In this document: positions 1 through 12,683 of the stretch, piece after piece
How the letters are laid out: each line of letters begins with the position of its first letter
Position numbering within the stretch: the first letter of the stretch is position 1
Assembly (NCBI GenBank): GCA_964016885.1
Contig: OZ024741.1
Span: 197,656,001-197,720,000 of the forward strand
Origin: Eledone cirrhosa
Taxonomy: Eukaryota
Length of the DNA stretch: 64,000 nucleotides
Reading direction: 5' to 3'
Position numbers and translations under genes: made by a program
The notes under the pieces: model-generated
Told to the model about the DNA's origin: nothing
Databases searched by the model: none
The model's input: the letters and a program-made list of their open reading frames with translations, nothing else

Positions 1-193
1 TTTTTATTTTAGTGACGTGAAGGAAGCTTAGCACATTTTGAAACTATAGTAGTGTGCCGTGTTTCTAGTCAGGCTTCATTCCTAGTTGAATCTTTTTTTT
101 CTGATACTTCAATAATTCTTCTAGTAAATGTGTAAAAGCCACACATTCTCTTTGCTTCTTACCTAAAAATACTGAACCTTTGTAACCATCCAA

Positions 194-607
194 TGCATAC
201 ATACATGCACATATACATACACACACATACATACACACATACGTACACACACATACATGCACACACATACATACATACATGCACACACAGATGCACGCAT
301 GCATACATACAAACACATACATACATACATACATACATACATACATACATACATACATACATTCATGCATGCACACATACATACACATACATGCACACAT
401 ATATATATATATACATACGTACACACACATACATGCACAGACAGATGCACGCATGCATACATACAAACATACATACATACATACATACATACATACATTC
501 ATGCATGCACACATACATACACATACATGCACACACATATATATATATATATATTAACACACATACAAACATACATGCATGCATGCATACATACATACAT
601 ACATGCA
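194..607. repeat. Compound (TACA)n/(CA)n microsatellite with a ~150-bp higher-order repeat
   Basis: Directly visible; the block cagatgcacgcatgcatacatacaaaca recurs at ~287 and ~441. Confidence 0.95.
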
Positions 608-619
608 TCTTCTTCTGAC

Positions 620-1750
620 GCTAAACTCCGTCAGTTGCAGACTGCGCATCAACATGAGATATTTTCTCCACAAAGTTCGATCACCAGCAGCAGAATTTAA
701 AGATCAAAGATCAAGTCCAGTCAATAAGTTGACATTATCAAGCCATCGTTTTGGCTGCCGGCCTCTGCTTCTCGTACCAGCCAGCCTTTCTTCTAGGCAT
801 AACCTACTCACACCACGAGTTGATCTTTTTATATGACCGTATAGTTTAAGTATTGTTGACTTGACAATTGATGTAATTCGTCTAAGTTTAGTAATGTTGA
901 GCAGCTCACTGATACAGATACGGTCGCTGAGCCGCTTGCCAGTCATAAGTCTCATGATGTGGTTCTGGAATGTAGAGAGCTTCTGAAGTGACCTTGTCGT
1001 CCAATTAACACAGTCAAGACCATATAACACAACTGGTAGGATGTAAGTATCGAAGATATTAGCCTTCAAATAATAGGAAACTCGCTTTGATGTTAGTACT
1101 TCCTTGTTCTTGTTGAAACCTATCCAACCTAGGGCGATGCGATACTGCACAGTAGCCATTCCATTAGTGTTTGATGATAGTTTGTGACCGAGATATACAA
1201 ACTCCGTAACTTGAGCTATTTGCTTGTTGTAGATTGTGAGTTGGAGATTGGCATCGTTTTTATCAGTTGTCATACATTTTGTTTTGGAGATGTTGATGTG
1301 TAAGCCAGCCTCCAGCGAATGTTTGGCCAGTACATTCAGAAAGTCTTGCAGATCAGTTCTAGAGTAACTCATGATGGCCAGATCATCTGCATAGCTAAGA
1401 TTTGATAAGATTTTACCTCCTATTTGATAGCCAGAGGAGCATTCTTCTTCAGTTTGGTAGATAAGTGCAGCTATAACTATACAGAAAAGACGTGCTGATA
1501 GTACATCGCCCTGCTTAACTCCCTTCAAGATGTTTATACAACGTGTAGTTCCCAAGTCTGTTTTGATATATGCTGTTGAGTTGGCGTAAGTTTTTTTCAA
1601 TAGGTTGATGTATTTTTTGTTAATTGAAGTCTTGTCAAAAGCTTTTGTGAAGTCAATGAAGGTGATGTGGACAGAGTTGTTGAATTCTATTGATTTTTCA
1701 ATGATTTGTTCAATAGCTAGGATCTGCTCAATGGTGCCTCTTCCAGGCAT
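620..1750 (-). mobile_element. RTE-clade LINE, 5'-truncated RT fragment
   Basis: ORF 704-1795: FIDFTKAFD, KGVKQGDVLS, SYADDL, INISKTKCM, EFVYLG, ILPVVLYG, YGHIKR, RSRGRQPKRW; apparent deletion after KAFD. Confidence 0.9.
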
Positions 1751-2397
1751 GATACAATTGGGATAAGATGAAATACAGAGATAAAACAAAAACATATAAA
1801 ACAGAAAGATAATGATAACAGTTGCATTTGAAAATTATATGCTTAATGGGTAGAGGAGCAGATTGATGTTGATACTGGCTATAAAGGGTGATTGATGCTG
1901 TATGTGAGGGAAGGGATTTGAAGGGGCGTGTCTATAAAGAGGGAATACTTAATCACTGAGGGATTATCAGTTATTCTTGCGTCCGATTGGTCAAGAGTTT
2001 ATTATTTTGTATCCTATTGATTGGGTTGGTGGTGTAACCTTTGAAGTGCTAGAGAAATTTGCGCTCGTACGGTGATTAATCGTTTACAGTGACAAGGAGA
2101 TGCTAAAGAGGTTCGGTGGCGGCAATTTTGCAGACGCTATAAGTCCGGGGAGTGGAGTTGTGTTGTTTATATGAATAGTGAGGTTGCCGGATCGAATCAT
2201 GGTTTATCTCCGTTTGTAATTCGAAAATTTACTAGCGCCTTTGTGCCTAGAGAAAATTGTCCGTTCGATTTTGCTATTTAGTAGCGTCTTATACTTTTTA
2301 AACTTAGCTCCGTTTAAATGATTATTTATCTAGGTAATTTCTACGGACTAAGAAGAAATTTTAGGTAAATTTTATCTGACTTTTCTTCAAACTTATA

Positions 2398-2451
<54 letters not shown>

Positions 2452-2455
<4 letters not shown>

Positions 2456-2727
2456 CGGGTAAAATTCCCGAGATCCATGGACGAGTTCTCTCCAGCGGTC
2501 TCTGTCCCTCATTATCGCTGCCATATCCTGCATCTCCAACAGACCAGTATACACTGAGGATGAAAAACTTAGAGCTGTATGGGAGCATCCCAAAAGTCAG
2601 CTCAAAAGTGACACAGAGGAGGCTGAGGTTGGCTGGACATGCTCACCGACATCCAGAGTTGACATTGCACTCAGTGCTCCTTTGGGAGCCCCTACATGGA
2701 CACACTAGAAGAGGAAGACCAAGGTTA
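2452..2727 (-). mobile_element. RTE-like LINE 3' end with an inverted 5' segment, flanked by (TA)n
   Basis: Minus 2452-2560 encodes the C-terminus (MRDRDRWRELV). Plus 2560-2727 encodes the preceding part (RRLRLAGHAHRH..LLWEP..RRGRP). Confidence 0.8.
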
Positions 2728-2742
2728 TATATATATATATAT

Positions 2743-2943
2743 AGGAACGAGTAGGACCCCGACGGCTGAGCTCAAGCCGTTTCGATGGCTAATTCTGTAC
2801 TAAATTAGTTCAGAATTAGCCGCCGAAACGGCTTGAGCTCAGCCGTCGGGGTCCTACTCGTTCCTATTACCCACTCTACTACCCTAAGTATTGAGTACTT
2901 TGGTGCGTTATGGTCCACCTGGTTCCTTACCACATTTCCTTCG

Positions 2944-2946
<3 letters not shown>
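2743..2946 (+). mobile_element. Short foldback element (PLE pLTR-like): ~60-bp inverted repeat, ~80-bp tail, 3' half of a hammerhead
   Basis: Arms 2741-2801 and 2805-2867; GAAACggct-tgagctc-agccGTC at 2825-2847; (TA)n on both sides; related inverted copies at 8966-9163. Confidence 0.7.
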
Positions 2947-3004
<58 letters not shown>

Positions 3005-3761
3005 CATACATATATATACGTATATGTATGTATGTAGTCATGTTCCTTTCCATCATCAATGTATTAGGCATGCATAACTGTGTGCTATAAGTGTTAGTGT
3101 ATGTGTGACTCTTTAAGTACGTGAATAAGTGCGAACAGGAAGGTGTACAATTGTGCTCGCAAATATGATCAAGCACGTTTAAGAATATATAAGAATATAT
3201 ATGAATATGGATTATGTAGATATATTTGCATGAACAGATACGTGCGCTTGTGCATGCGCACTAAGAACACACAAGTCACTACACTAGTTTATTCCATGTG
3301 ACTGTGTATGTGTATGCCTGCTAGAGATTATCCCATAAGTATGCGCATGTATTAAAGTAAATCTGTACATACATAAATGCGTATCTATGTGGGAATATCC
3401 ATGTAAGTGTAAATAACATGCGAATATGCATATGCGTGAGGACACACATATATCCCTCTATATATGTATGAGACAAGAATGGAAAATGCTACTAAAATTG
3501 GATTTGTAAGAAAAGTTATCCCATTCAACCAAAGTCAAAATGCCCACCTCTCTCAGAACTCTCCCCTCTCAGTTCTTATCAAATATATATATCTATTGAC
3601 TTCATCATATAACCACAATTCATGCAACTGTTTATCCGGCAAATATTGTTCAAGGTACCTGTTAGCGGTGATTACCATATTAATTTAAATCTGATTGACT
3701 TTGTCATTTTTCTCACAATAATATAACGCCAGGCCTCAACAGGTGATGTTATATTATATAA

Positions 3762-4145
3762 GGGCGGTGGATTGGCAGTATCGGTAGAGGGTCGGACGCC
3801 ATGCTTTCCAGCATAGTTACGTCCCTTTACGATCTGAGTTCAAGTCCCGCCGAGGTTGACTTTGCCTTTCATCCTTACGGGGTCGATAAAATAAAGTACC
3901 AGTAATGCACTGGGTAATTGCTGGCCTTGTGCCTAATGTAGAAACAGTTATATTATATAAGGGCGGTGGATTGGCAGTATCGGTAGAGGGTCGGACGCCA
4001 TGCTTTCTAGCATAGTTACATCCCTTTACGATCTGAGTTCAAATCCCGCCGAGGTTAACTTTGCCTTTCATCCTTATGGGGTCGATAAAATAAAGTACCA
4101 GTAATGCACTGGGTAATTGCTGGCTTTGTGCCAAAAGTAGAAACA
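3762..4145 (+). mobile_element. Two head-to-tail copies of the tRNA-derived SINE (3762-3946, 3961-4145)
   Basis: A-box-like tggcagtatcgg, B-box gagttcaa(g/a)tccc, shared body; gttatattatataa at 3748, 3947 and 4146. Confidence 0.9.
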
Positions 4146-5959
4146 GTTATATTATATAACATCTGAGGGCTTTGTCATATATCCCAACGTCATGTGACTT
4201 CATTCCAGAGTACTATTTACCCGATGAACTAGGTTTATGTAATTTTCCCCGCATCATATATTTCTATACCCTTCCATGATAAAACAAGAACAACTTATAG
4301 CTCGTTAACCCCACCCCCCACCCCCACCGCACCATTTAAATGTTCGCCTAGGCATGCAACAAAGCACAAAAAGATAACATTGCCTCTCAGCATCTTATTA
4401 AATCGCAACATTCTGAAATATTTATAGTTTTTTTTTATGTTTCCTTTTCATTTTTATTTTTGTTCTTTTGGTGTATTTTTATGGGGGTTTGTTCGTGTTT
4501 TCTTTTCTAAGAAAGCCTATTCCTACTGTCGGCTCTTGTTCTAATTCCCATTGCCAACAGCATAATGGAAACTTGAAACAACGGTTAGTGAAGTTTTCAA
4601 CTTGCAATAAATATGATAATTCTCGTATTGAGTACTTTCTTCTTTTCAGCACAGTTTTTGTTTGACTGATTGCATGTTTGTATAGCTTACGTGAGTAGGC
4701 CTGCGTACCCGTGATTAAAATTGATTCGTTCAATTTGGTTCACGATTTCATAACATTAGGTCTTGGTTAAGTAAATTTGTTTTCTACTGTTATCAATAGC
4801 ACAAAAACAGCGTTATCCAGGATAAAGACGTGTAAAAACCAATGAATTAAACATACATTTGGTATTGGTAATTAATCTTGCCGGTAGAGCTTGCACTATA
4901 TGTAAATAAGATTGTGACAAGTTTGTTTACACAATCTATAAAGCGATATTTACAGTTTCATACCATCTAGTCGTAAATGAGCGAATGTTGATCAACAGAT
5001 ATATATCCACTCCTCTTACCCTGATGCTGAGGCTGCTGTGATCGCTTAAAATACTTACATGGAGACTAAATATACATTAATTATACATGAACATATTCTA
5101 TATAAGTTCATATACGTCTTTCTTCTAATTTCATCATAACTGTAGAACATAATGTGTGAGGTTATCTACAATTATTAAGTGCTTGGAAGATGTAACAGAG
5201 AGTTTCTTGAAGTTTCGATCGTTTAGAGATGTCTCTCCTCTTCAATTGTGTCTGCATCATTGTTGAAAATGTGTCACTATTTATACTATATCATAATTTC
5301 CCGTAGAGAGTTGTTTCGTTTAGAGCTACATTTTTAGGAACGTATCTGGAGAGTTAACCAACATGTTGCTGTATAAGTGTGTATGCATGTGTGTGTGTGT
5401 ATGCACGTGTGTATGTATATGTGTGTATCTATGTATGTGTGTATGTATGTATGCGTGTATGTGTACGTATGTTTGTTATGCTTAGAGTATTGATTTCTAA
5501 CAAGGTAACACATTTTCGGAGAGGTTACAGTCAATTATACTTGACTGGTATTTTGGTTTATCGACTCTGGAAAGATAAACGTCAAGGTTGACATCTGCGA
5601 GACATGAACATAATGAAACACCGCAAGGTACTTTTTATTCAGGATTCTTTTCTATTTCCTAATTAGTGTTTTATATTTTGTTTGCAAGAACAATGCTCTT
5701 AGGTCCATTGAGGTTTCCAGGAATTCTTGGTTTTATCTTTGGTTGTTGTTATTTCCGTTTTGCAGTGGACGGCAATTACGAGAATATTGTATTAAGGAAT
5801 TGATTTTACTTCAAGTTAACACCAGCTATTTTTTATAAATCAGAAATTTGTCTTATTTTGTTACCAACGTTTACTAACCTGTCTATTAATTTATGAATTT
5901 ATTTATTTATGAATTTGTTTATTGATTCATTAAATAATTATTGGTCTGCTATCCGTAAT

Positions 5960-6135
5960 TGAAGCGAGGTCGATGTACAGAATTGATTGAGCGTCAGATA
6001 AAGCACCATTGCGGTATTTATTCTGACTCTGTATGTTTTGTTTAAATCTCGCCGAGGTCAACTTTGCTTTTCATCCTTTTGAAGTCGATAGTCATTTCAC
6101 CAAATGTGCTGGCCTTGTGCTTAAATTAGAAATCA
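5960..6135 (+). mobile_element. Degenerate SINE
   Basis: cgccgaggtcaactttgcttttcatcc...gctggccttgtgc matches the SINE body. Confidence 0.7.
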
Positions 6136-6199
6136 ATGTGAAATCTATGAATCGATCTTCAAGTTTTGGGAACATTCTAAGACAGTTATTTTATCAACT

Positions 6200-6560
6200 G
6201 ATATTCATTTAACTTTGTGCCGTGTAATGTGCTGCCACCACAGCTTGTAAATGTATAAGGTAGGCATAATTATATCTTAAAGAAGATGCCTTACATCCAT
6301 TCACCTTTGTTCAGAAGGTGTTGATTATATCAGACTGTGTCCAATGTTAATTGAATGTTTCGACCTTTAACCGAAACACCCACTCGCTGGTGGTTTCAGC
6401 AATAGTGGTCAAATTACTTCCTATCTTCTCCTCCTCGCATTTAGATGATCTCCTCTCTCCTGCTCCATAATCATCACGAGCCCTTTCTGCTGCTACCTTT
6501 TATCTTGCTGACATCGCAGTGGCAGCGAACATTCTCCACATCGAGTGTGGCCACACTCAT
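6200..6560 (-). mobile_element. Possible Ty3/gypsy gag-protease remnant
   Basis: Minus strand reads VSVKGRNIQLTLDT (aspartic-protease-like) after a Cys/His-rich stretch; heavily decayed. Confidence 0.35.
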
Positions 6561-7138
6561 CTAATTTTCATGTTTGTATTAGTTTCTTCAATGGCTTGTA
6601 GGTCTGATGATGTGTTTTTAATTTTGGTTATCTTTTGAATATAATATTAATGTTAATTTGTAATTCTGTGTAATGGTCGTTCCATACCATTTTATGGGGT
6701 TTTAAAAGTGATCATTTCTTCTAGATGTTTTGAATTTCAAATGTTAAATCTTCTATTACGGCGTAAATCACATATGATCATTAATTCAACATCATGCTGA
6801 TGATTCCTGGAAATAACAAAATACATTTATAACCACTTGATACAGAAGTTAAAGAAAGGTTTGTAAACGTCACTATAACTAAAAACGCCATTGTTTTAGA
6901 TAAAATATATAGCATTAATAAGTATATATGAAAAATCATTGATAAAAAGATACATGGAAACAGCCAATAATAATATATGTTAATGGCATATAAATAGCGT
7001 CTGACACTTTTACAAATGTTTCAAAAGTAGTATATATTAGCTATTAGTTTCTCATCAAAGTCTAAATTTGTATATTATTAACCCCGCCCCCTCTCTCTCT
7101 GCTTCTTTGGAGGAAATGTGCTGTTTTCAGCATGGAAA

Positions 7139-7187
<49 letters not shown>

Positions 7188-7513
7188 CCACTTATCATGG
7201 AAGTACTCACTGCATGGAAAGATGCAGAGGAGATATAGAAATATGAGAGAGTAGAGAGCTGAAACAAATATCCGACGTTCTAACGGCTCTGCCAATACGC
7301 CACCGATTCATTTTATAGTATTAACTAATTAGACGCATTTGCAATTAGACGTACTTACAATTATTTCAGTCTGTAATCTGTGTATGATTGTGTAATTACA
7401 TAATAATATTTTATGTACGATTTATTAATTTTGATTACTCTTCTGACTTTTAATTACAACACTTATATAACTTAATTGCCTAGCATAATCCGCATTGGTA
7501 TTAAACTAATAAT

Positions 7514-7700
7514 TGTTTCTATTTTAGGCACAAGGCCAGCAATTACCCAGTACATTACTGGTACTTTATTTTATCGACCCCGTAAGAATGAAAGGCAAAG
7601 TTAACCTCGGCGGGATTTGAACTCAGATCATAAAGGGACGTAACTCTATGCTTCAAAGCATGGTGTCCGACTCTCTACCGATACTGCCAATCCACCGCCC
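7514..7700 (-). mobile_element. Full-length SINE with 18-bp TSD
   Basis: tggtattaaactaataat at 7496-7513 and 7701-7718. Confidence 0.92.
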
Positions 7701-7879
7701 TGGTATTAAACTAATAATGTTAAGACAAGAATGTTCTTATTGTGTGGCCCTGCGACATCTATATATCTCCTAATTATAGAATAATATCTATATATTTCCA
7801 TATTATTTTTTACTCTTTACCCTACTGAATGATTTTATTGTGTATTTTACATACATACAAAAAAGAATGTTTATGACAA

Positions 7880-8460
7880 TGGGGAAGTCTGAGCTATAAG
7901 TCTTTTTGACACACTGTCCAAAATTTTCTTTATGACCCATGGTCTGGAGTTGTAACGGCTTTCCCCCAGAAAAATAGTTTGCTGTCTCAATCATGTGTTG
8001 AAATTCTTTGTAGTTGCTTCACAGACTTTGACAAGGAGGAGTAATGATGGGAATTTCCCTCTAAGTGTTTCCTAAAACTGTTTAGCGGTAATAAGATATT
8101 TATATGAGGTAAAATTTTCTCCAGGTGTTTCTTGGCTTGATAATTCTCCTCAAATGCGCCATGAAGTTCATCTTAATAAGGTCATGGTCACTACTAACAT
8201 CTGCTCATGGAATGTTTTCGTTTTCTGTCTGTCCATATCAGTTTTATAATATCTTTGTGCTAAGATATTATCAATCTGGCGATGTGATCTGTTGGGGACA
8301 CGCCAGATATAGATACTTACCAAGTGTATTCGACGACATCATGTTATAACTGGCAAATTCCAGAACGCTCACTCCTCTCTCGTTCGAGGTAATTGCATGA
8401 AGTGCAGCCTTCCCCACATTGGCATCCCAGTTTTATGTATGGTTAGTGTCTTTATTAAAG
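7880..8460 (-). mobile_element. Decayed LINE (RTE-like) APE endonuclease fragment
   Basis: Minus-strand motifs WDANVG, NERG..LEFA, QIDNIL, ADVSSDHDLIKM. Confidence 0.65.
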
Positions 8461-8833
8461 ATAATTGAAGATAATTATATTTTTCAATATGTGTATCATC
8501 ATAGTTTACAATTGCGGCAAATAAATGTGATGTAAAGGGACTTTGCTTGCAAGATTGGTGGTCGTGGGCTTACTTGGCACTGGTTGGCATTGTAGTAGCA
8601 TGCTACTGATGGCTTCGTTGACTAGGAACCAAAGTCTATTTACATTTTAGCTCTCCTGAACATTTATTTTTATTTTTTATCATTATGATGATTATTTCGG
8701 ATTTTCTACCTTAGAACCGTACAATATTTTGGATTAATTTACCCAAAGAATTACACCCTGGGTTAATCGGTTTGTAGAAACTCCACGTGACGTAGAAACC
8801 CCTATCCACCAAACAAATTTTGTCCGTATTTCT

Positions 8834-8877
<44 letters not shown>

Positions 8878-8926
8878 AGATCAAAAGATGGTTAAAGGAG
8901 TTCCATGTATAATAAAACTCACCTCC

Positions 8927-8965
<39 letters not shown>

Positions 8966-8967
<2 letters not shown>

Positions 8968-9159
8968 CGAATGAAGTGTGGTAAGGAACCGGATGGACCA
9001 TAACGAACCAGAATACTCAATACTTAGGTTAGTAGAGTGGGTAATAGGAAAATGTTCAAGACCCCGACGGCGATAAGAAACAAGATGGACCATAACGCAC
9101 CAGAGTACTCAATACTTAGGGTAATGGAGTGGGTAATAGGAAAATGTTCAAAACATTTT

Positions 9160-9163
<4 letters not shown>
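8966..9163 (-). mobile_element. Two partial tandem copies of the 2743-2946 element family between (TA)n tracts
   Basis: atggaccataacg..tactcaatacttagg..gagtgggtaatagg occurs twice; it is the reverse complement of 2862-2946. Confidence 0.75.
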
Positions 9164-9221
<58 letters not shown>

Positions 9222-9248
9222 TGGTTACACAACAGTTAGTTCACCATA

Positions 9249-9288
9249 CCGAGAAAAATTGTTTCACCTTCGCGGATCTTCAGCTTGG
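9249..9288 (-). ncRNA. Type I minimal hammerhead, mutated copy
   Basis: ccaag CTGAAGA tccgcgaaggt GAAAcaatttt ctcgg; one mismatch in stem I and one in stem III. Confidence 0.6.
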
Positions 9289-9545
9289 GATGTCTATGGT
9301 TATAGGAACAGGAAGGACAACCGTACGAACGCGCATGCGCAGAAACTCGGTCACTTCACACAGGCAATACTAGACTGCGTGCGGGGGCTGTAAGGGAGAT
9401 AACTGCGAAAGTCCGGACAGTTTTTTGGTTGAAAATTAAAAAAAAAAATTAAAACGCACTCTAGTATTGCCTGTGTGAAGTGACCGAGTTTCTGCGCATG
9501 CGCGTTCGTACGCTTGTCCTTCCTGTTCCTATAACCATACATATC

Positions 9546-9585
9546 CCGAGCTGAAGATCCGCGAAGGTGAAACAATTGTTCTCGG
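9546..9585 (+). ncRNA. Type I minimal hammerhead ribozyme
   Basis: ccgag-CTGAAGA-tccgcgaaggt-GAAAC-aatt-GTT-ctcgg: 5-bp stem I, palindromic aacaattgtt, predicted cleavage after 9580. Confidence 0.8.
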
Positions 9586-9838
9586 TATGGTGAACTAACT
9601 GTTGTGTAACCACTTCTACCTAACTCGTCCCTTGGACTGAGTGCTCTACCACTACGGATATTACCTTCCAGTGTTCCACCACTATCTACGTCTCCAGCAC
9701 CGGTCAGCAGATTCTCCTCACTACGTAGAAGTTTGGCTTTTAGCAGATTCTTCACCACGTGCGAGTTTGGCTTACTACCCTGAGAGCGCTCTATATATCC
9801 TCGTGTCCTACACAATTTTGCGTCTCATCAACGTCAGT

Positions 9839-11934
9839 ATGGATTTATACGAACTGAATTACTCCCTGAGGAACATTCCAACTCCCTCCAACCATGTTTA
9901 CCAAAATCTCCTCCTACAAAAAGCGGACGATGTCGTCAGACGCTGAAGATGGCGAGCCCTAGCTTTCCACGGCAAAATTACAGGCACAAACAACACCATC
10001 AACCTGAAATCGAGAGCCTACCCTCCTAAGGTAACCGAACTCGCTCCTTTCGAGACGGACCTTCCTCACTTAGTCGCTAACATTTCCTTTCGCAAACACA
10101 CTAACACCTTTCAAGCGAAACTCAGAAACGATATTAAGAAATTTAGGTCTTCTAATAACACCTTCGTGCTTTCCGACAAAACTAATAATATTTACGAAGT
10201 CGACAACACCACTTTCCACCACCTGGCCCATAACGCTATTACTTCTAAATATAAGAAAGCTAACCCTATGGCCTACCACGACATTAATACAGAAGCCAAG
10301 CAACTCGCCACCGACCTTAAGGTAGATAAGAAGCTACAATCTCTAGCTAAGCGGGAGGCGTTCCTCACCCTGAAAGATCACAAGGTAGACTACTTCTAAC
10401 CCCACATGTAGACTAATAAACCCGGCACGCACAGATATGGGACTAGTCAGTAAGGCCATACTTAGAAACATAGTTAAGACCATTAGGACCAAGTCCAACC
10501 TTCCCCTGTGGGAGAACACCGACTCCGTAATTAAGTGGTTTAACTCCTTAAAATTCAAAAAAGCGAAGTTCACACAGTTTGACATTGTCGATCTTTACCC
10601 GTCGATCTCAGATACCCTGTTAAACAAAGCGTTGGACTTCGCTACCTCTTATACCACCGTCGATGGTTTAGACAGGGAAATCATCGCTCACTGCCGGAAA
10701 CCCCTTCTCTTCAACGATGGAGTAGCCTGGGCAAAGAAGTCTACATCTTCAGACCTGTTCGACGTCTCCGTGGGATCGTTTGACAGTGCTGACGTATGTG
10801 ACTTGGTTGGCCTTTTTATCTTAGATATATTACGTGTTAGATTCCCGGACATCCACACGGGAATATACCGCGACGATGGACTGACATTATCGAGCCATAA
10901 AAGTGGTCACGACCTCGACCGGTTTTAAAAAGACTTAACTTCTACCTTCAATGAGTTAGGCCTTAGGATAACAGTAGCCACCAACATCTCTAGCGTAGAT
11001 TTCTTAGACATTAATTTAGACCTTCGCACACACATCCACAGACCCTTCCATAAGCTAAACGAGAAACTTAATTACATTCACAAGGACTCATGCCACCCTC
11101 CCACTGTTTTTAGAAACTTCGTTAAGAATATCAGTACTAGAATCTCAAACCTCTTCTCTAATAAGGCTATCTTTGACAGGGCGGCACCCTACTATAACAC
11201 GGCGTTGGCTAACAGCGGCTTCTCACAACCTATCACCTACCCTCCCACTAGCAACAACACCATTAAGAAAAGTAAGCGCACCAATAGACAAACTATCTGG
11301 TTCTCTCTTCCCTTCTCACTCAACGTTAAAACCAATGTAGGAAAAACATTTCTAGCCCTCTTAGATAGACACTTCCCCATAGGTCATAAATACCGCTCCA
11401 TCTTTAACCGATACAAAATTAAACTAGGATACTCCTGCGCTAAGAACATGAAGGCCCACATCACCAGCAGCCCTAGAAGCAACACCCCACCAGGGTCCTC
11501 TTGCCGTAAGCCCGAAGCTTGTCTCCTTCAAAAATAATGCAACACACCAGCTGTAATCTATGAAGCTGTGGTAACTTCCAACCGACCAAACGAATCACAG
11601 TAGGTCAAATCCTATGTGGGCATGGCGGAGGGCCGATTCAAGGAGCGTTTCCTGAACCACCAGTCTACCTTCAGATAACCGGACAGACGTTCATCTACGA
11701 AACTCGCGAGCCACGTATGGTCCCTCAAGGACTCAAGTATAGGGTACTCCATTCAATGGAAAGCCATCACTAAGTCCAAGCCATACGCAAGGGGAAATCC
11801 GACGTGTAGCTTATGTATTGACGAACGAATAACTATCCTAAAGAGATTGCGCAATAGTGATTGCCTAAACACGAGAAGTGAATTTTTCACACGTCACCAA
11901 ACATCTATTGCATAACTACAAGGCTCCGGACTGA
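9839..11934 (+). pseudogene. PLE RT + GIY-YIG ORF with stops and frameshifts
   Basis: NYSLRNIP, FDIVDLYPSI, GSFDSADVCDLVG, IYRDDGL, VDFLDINLDL, VIYEA..YVG..FKERFLNH, CSLC, LNTRSE. Confidence 0.88.
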
Positions 11935-12117
11935 TTCTTTGTAATTTTATTTTTAATTTTTTTTATTTTATTTTCAACCCCAAAACGTTCCGGACTTTCG
12001 CAGTTATCTCCCTTACACCCCCCGCACGCAGTCTAGTATTGCCTGTGTGAAGTGACCGAGTTTCTGCGCATGTGAGTTCGTACGGTTGTCCTTCCTGTTC
12101 CTATAACCATAAACATC

Positions 12118-12157
12118 CCGAGCTGAAGATCCGCGAAGGTGAAACAATTGTTCTCGG
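12118..12157 (+). ncRNA. Type I minimal hammerhead in the 3' pLTR (duplicate at 19633-19672)
   Basis: Identical to 9546-9585. Confidence 0.8.
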
Positions 12158-12234
12158 TATGGTAAACTAACTACCTAACTCGTCCCTTGGACTAAGTGCT
12201 CTACTACTACGGATATTACCTTCCAGTGTTCCAC

Positions 12235-12307
<73 letters not shown>

Positions 12308-12359
12308 GATAGAGCGACTTTTGTCAAATCGGACCGAGGAAACAATGTTTCTGTTGGTC

Positions 12360-12509
12360 TTTCCAGTTGCTAGTACTATCTATCGGTCGCAACTCCATGT
12401 AGAAGGAGCAACGTGAAATAAAGTGTCTTGCTCAAGGACATAACGCATCGCTCGGTCCAGGAATCGAACTCACAACCTCAAGATTGTGAATCCAATTCAG
12501 CCACTCGCC
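12360..12509 (-). mobile_element. Second tRNA-derived SINE family (duplicate ~19875-20024)
   Basis: ggcgagtggc..gtgagttcgattcctgg (B box), then gtccttgagcaagacactttatttcacg. Confidence 0.75.
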
Positions 12510-12596
12510 ATATATATATATATATATAATCAGGTTTAGCAAATAAGAAAAAGTTTCAAAATAAATTTCAAAAAATTCACTGTACTTACTATGGTT

Positions 12597-12683
12597 ACCT
12601 TTACCGAATCGGTTTCGAGTCTCACAAATAAATGGATAGTCCTTACGGGCTTCCATTGAAAAGATAAACTCTCGTCAGAAGGT
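12597..12683 (-). ncRNA. Type I hammerhead with a long stem II (duplicate 20112-20198)
   Basis: acctt-CTGACGA-gagt...actc-GAAA-ccga-t-tcgGTA-aaggt; GUA site. Confidence 0.78.

Larger units (their letters stand above)
9219..12240 (+). mobile_element. Penelope-like element, near full length: inverted pLTR 9219-9440, 5' pLTR ~9455-9685, 3' pLTR ~11960-12240; resembles the Hydra clade
   Basis: Three pLTR copies, each with a hammerhead; RT + GIY-YIG ORF; (TA)n at both ends. The clade call is inference from YRDDGL and the CxC-x5-C-type linker. Confidence 0.9.

Noticed and set aside
65-700. Many overlapping ORFs of MYVC/HTYI type (also the YI-repeat ORFs at 18083, 25564 and 25703)
   Set aside because: Translations of stop-free microsatellites; no coding signal
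1760-2395. Possible PLE nuclease C-terminal remnant (similar at 4480-4800)
   Set aside because: Only weak CxxC-like traces; too decayed to call
3762-4159. CRISPR-like repeat-spacer pattern
   Set aside because: The long units are near-identical SINEs and the short units are TSDs; eukaryotic context, no cas genes
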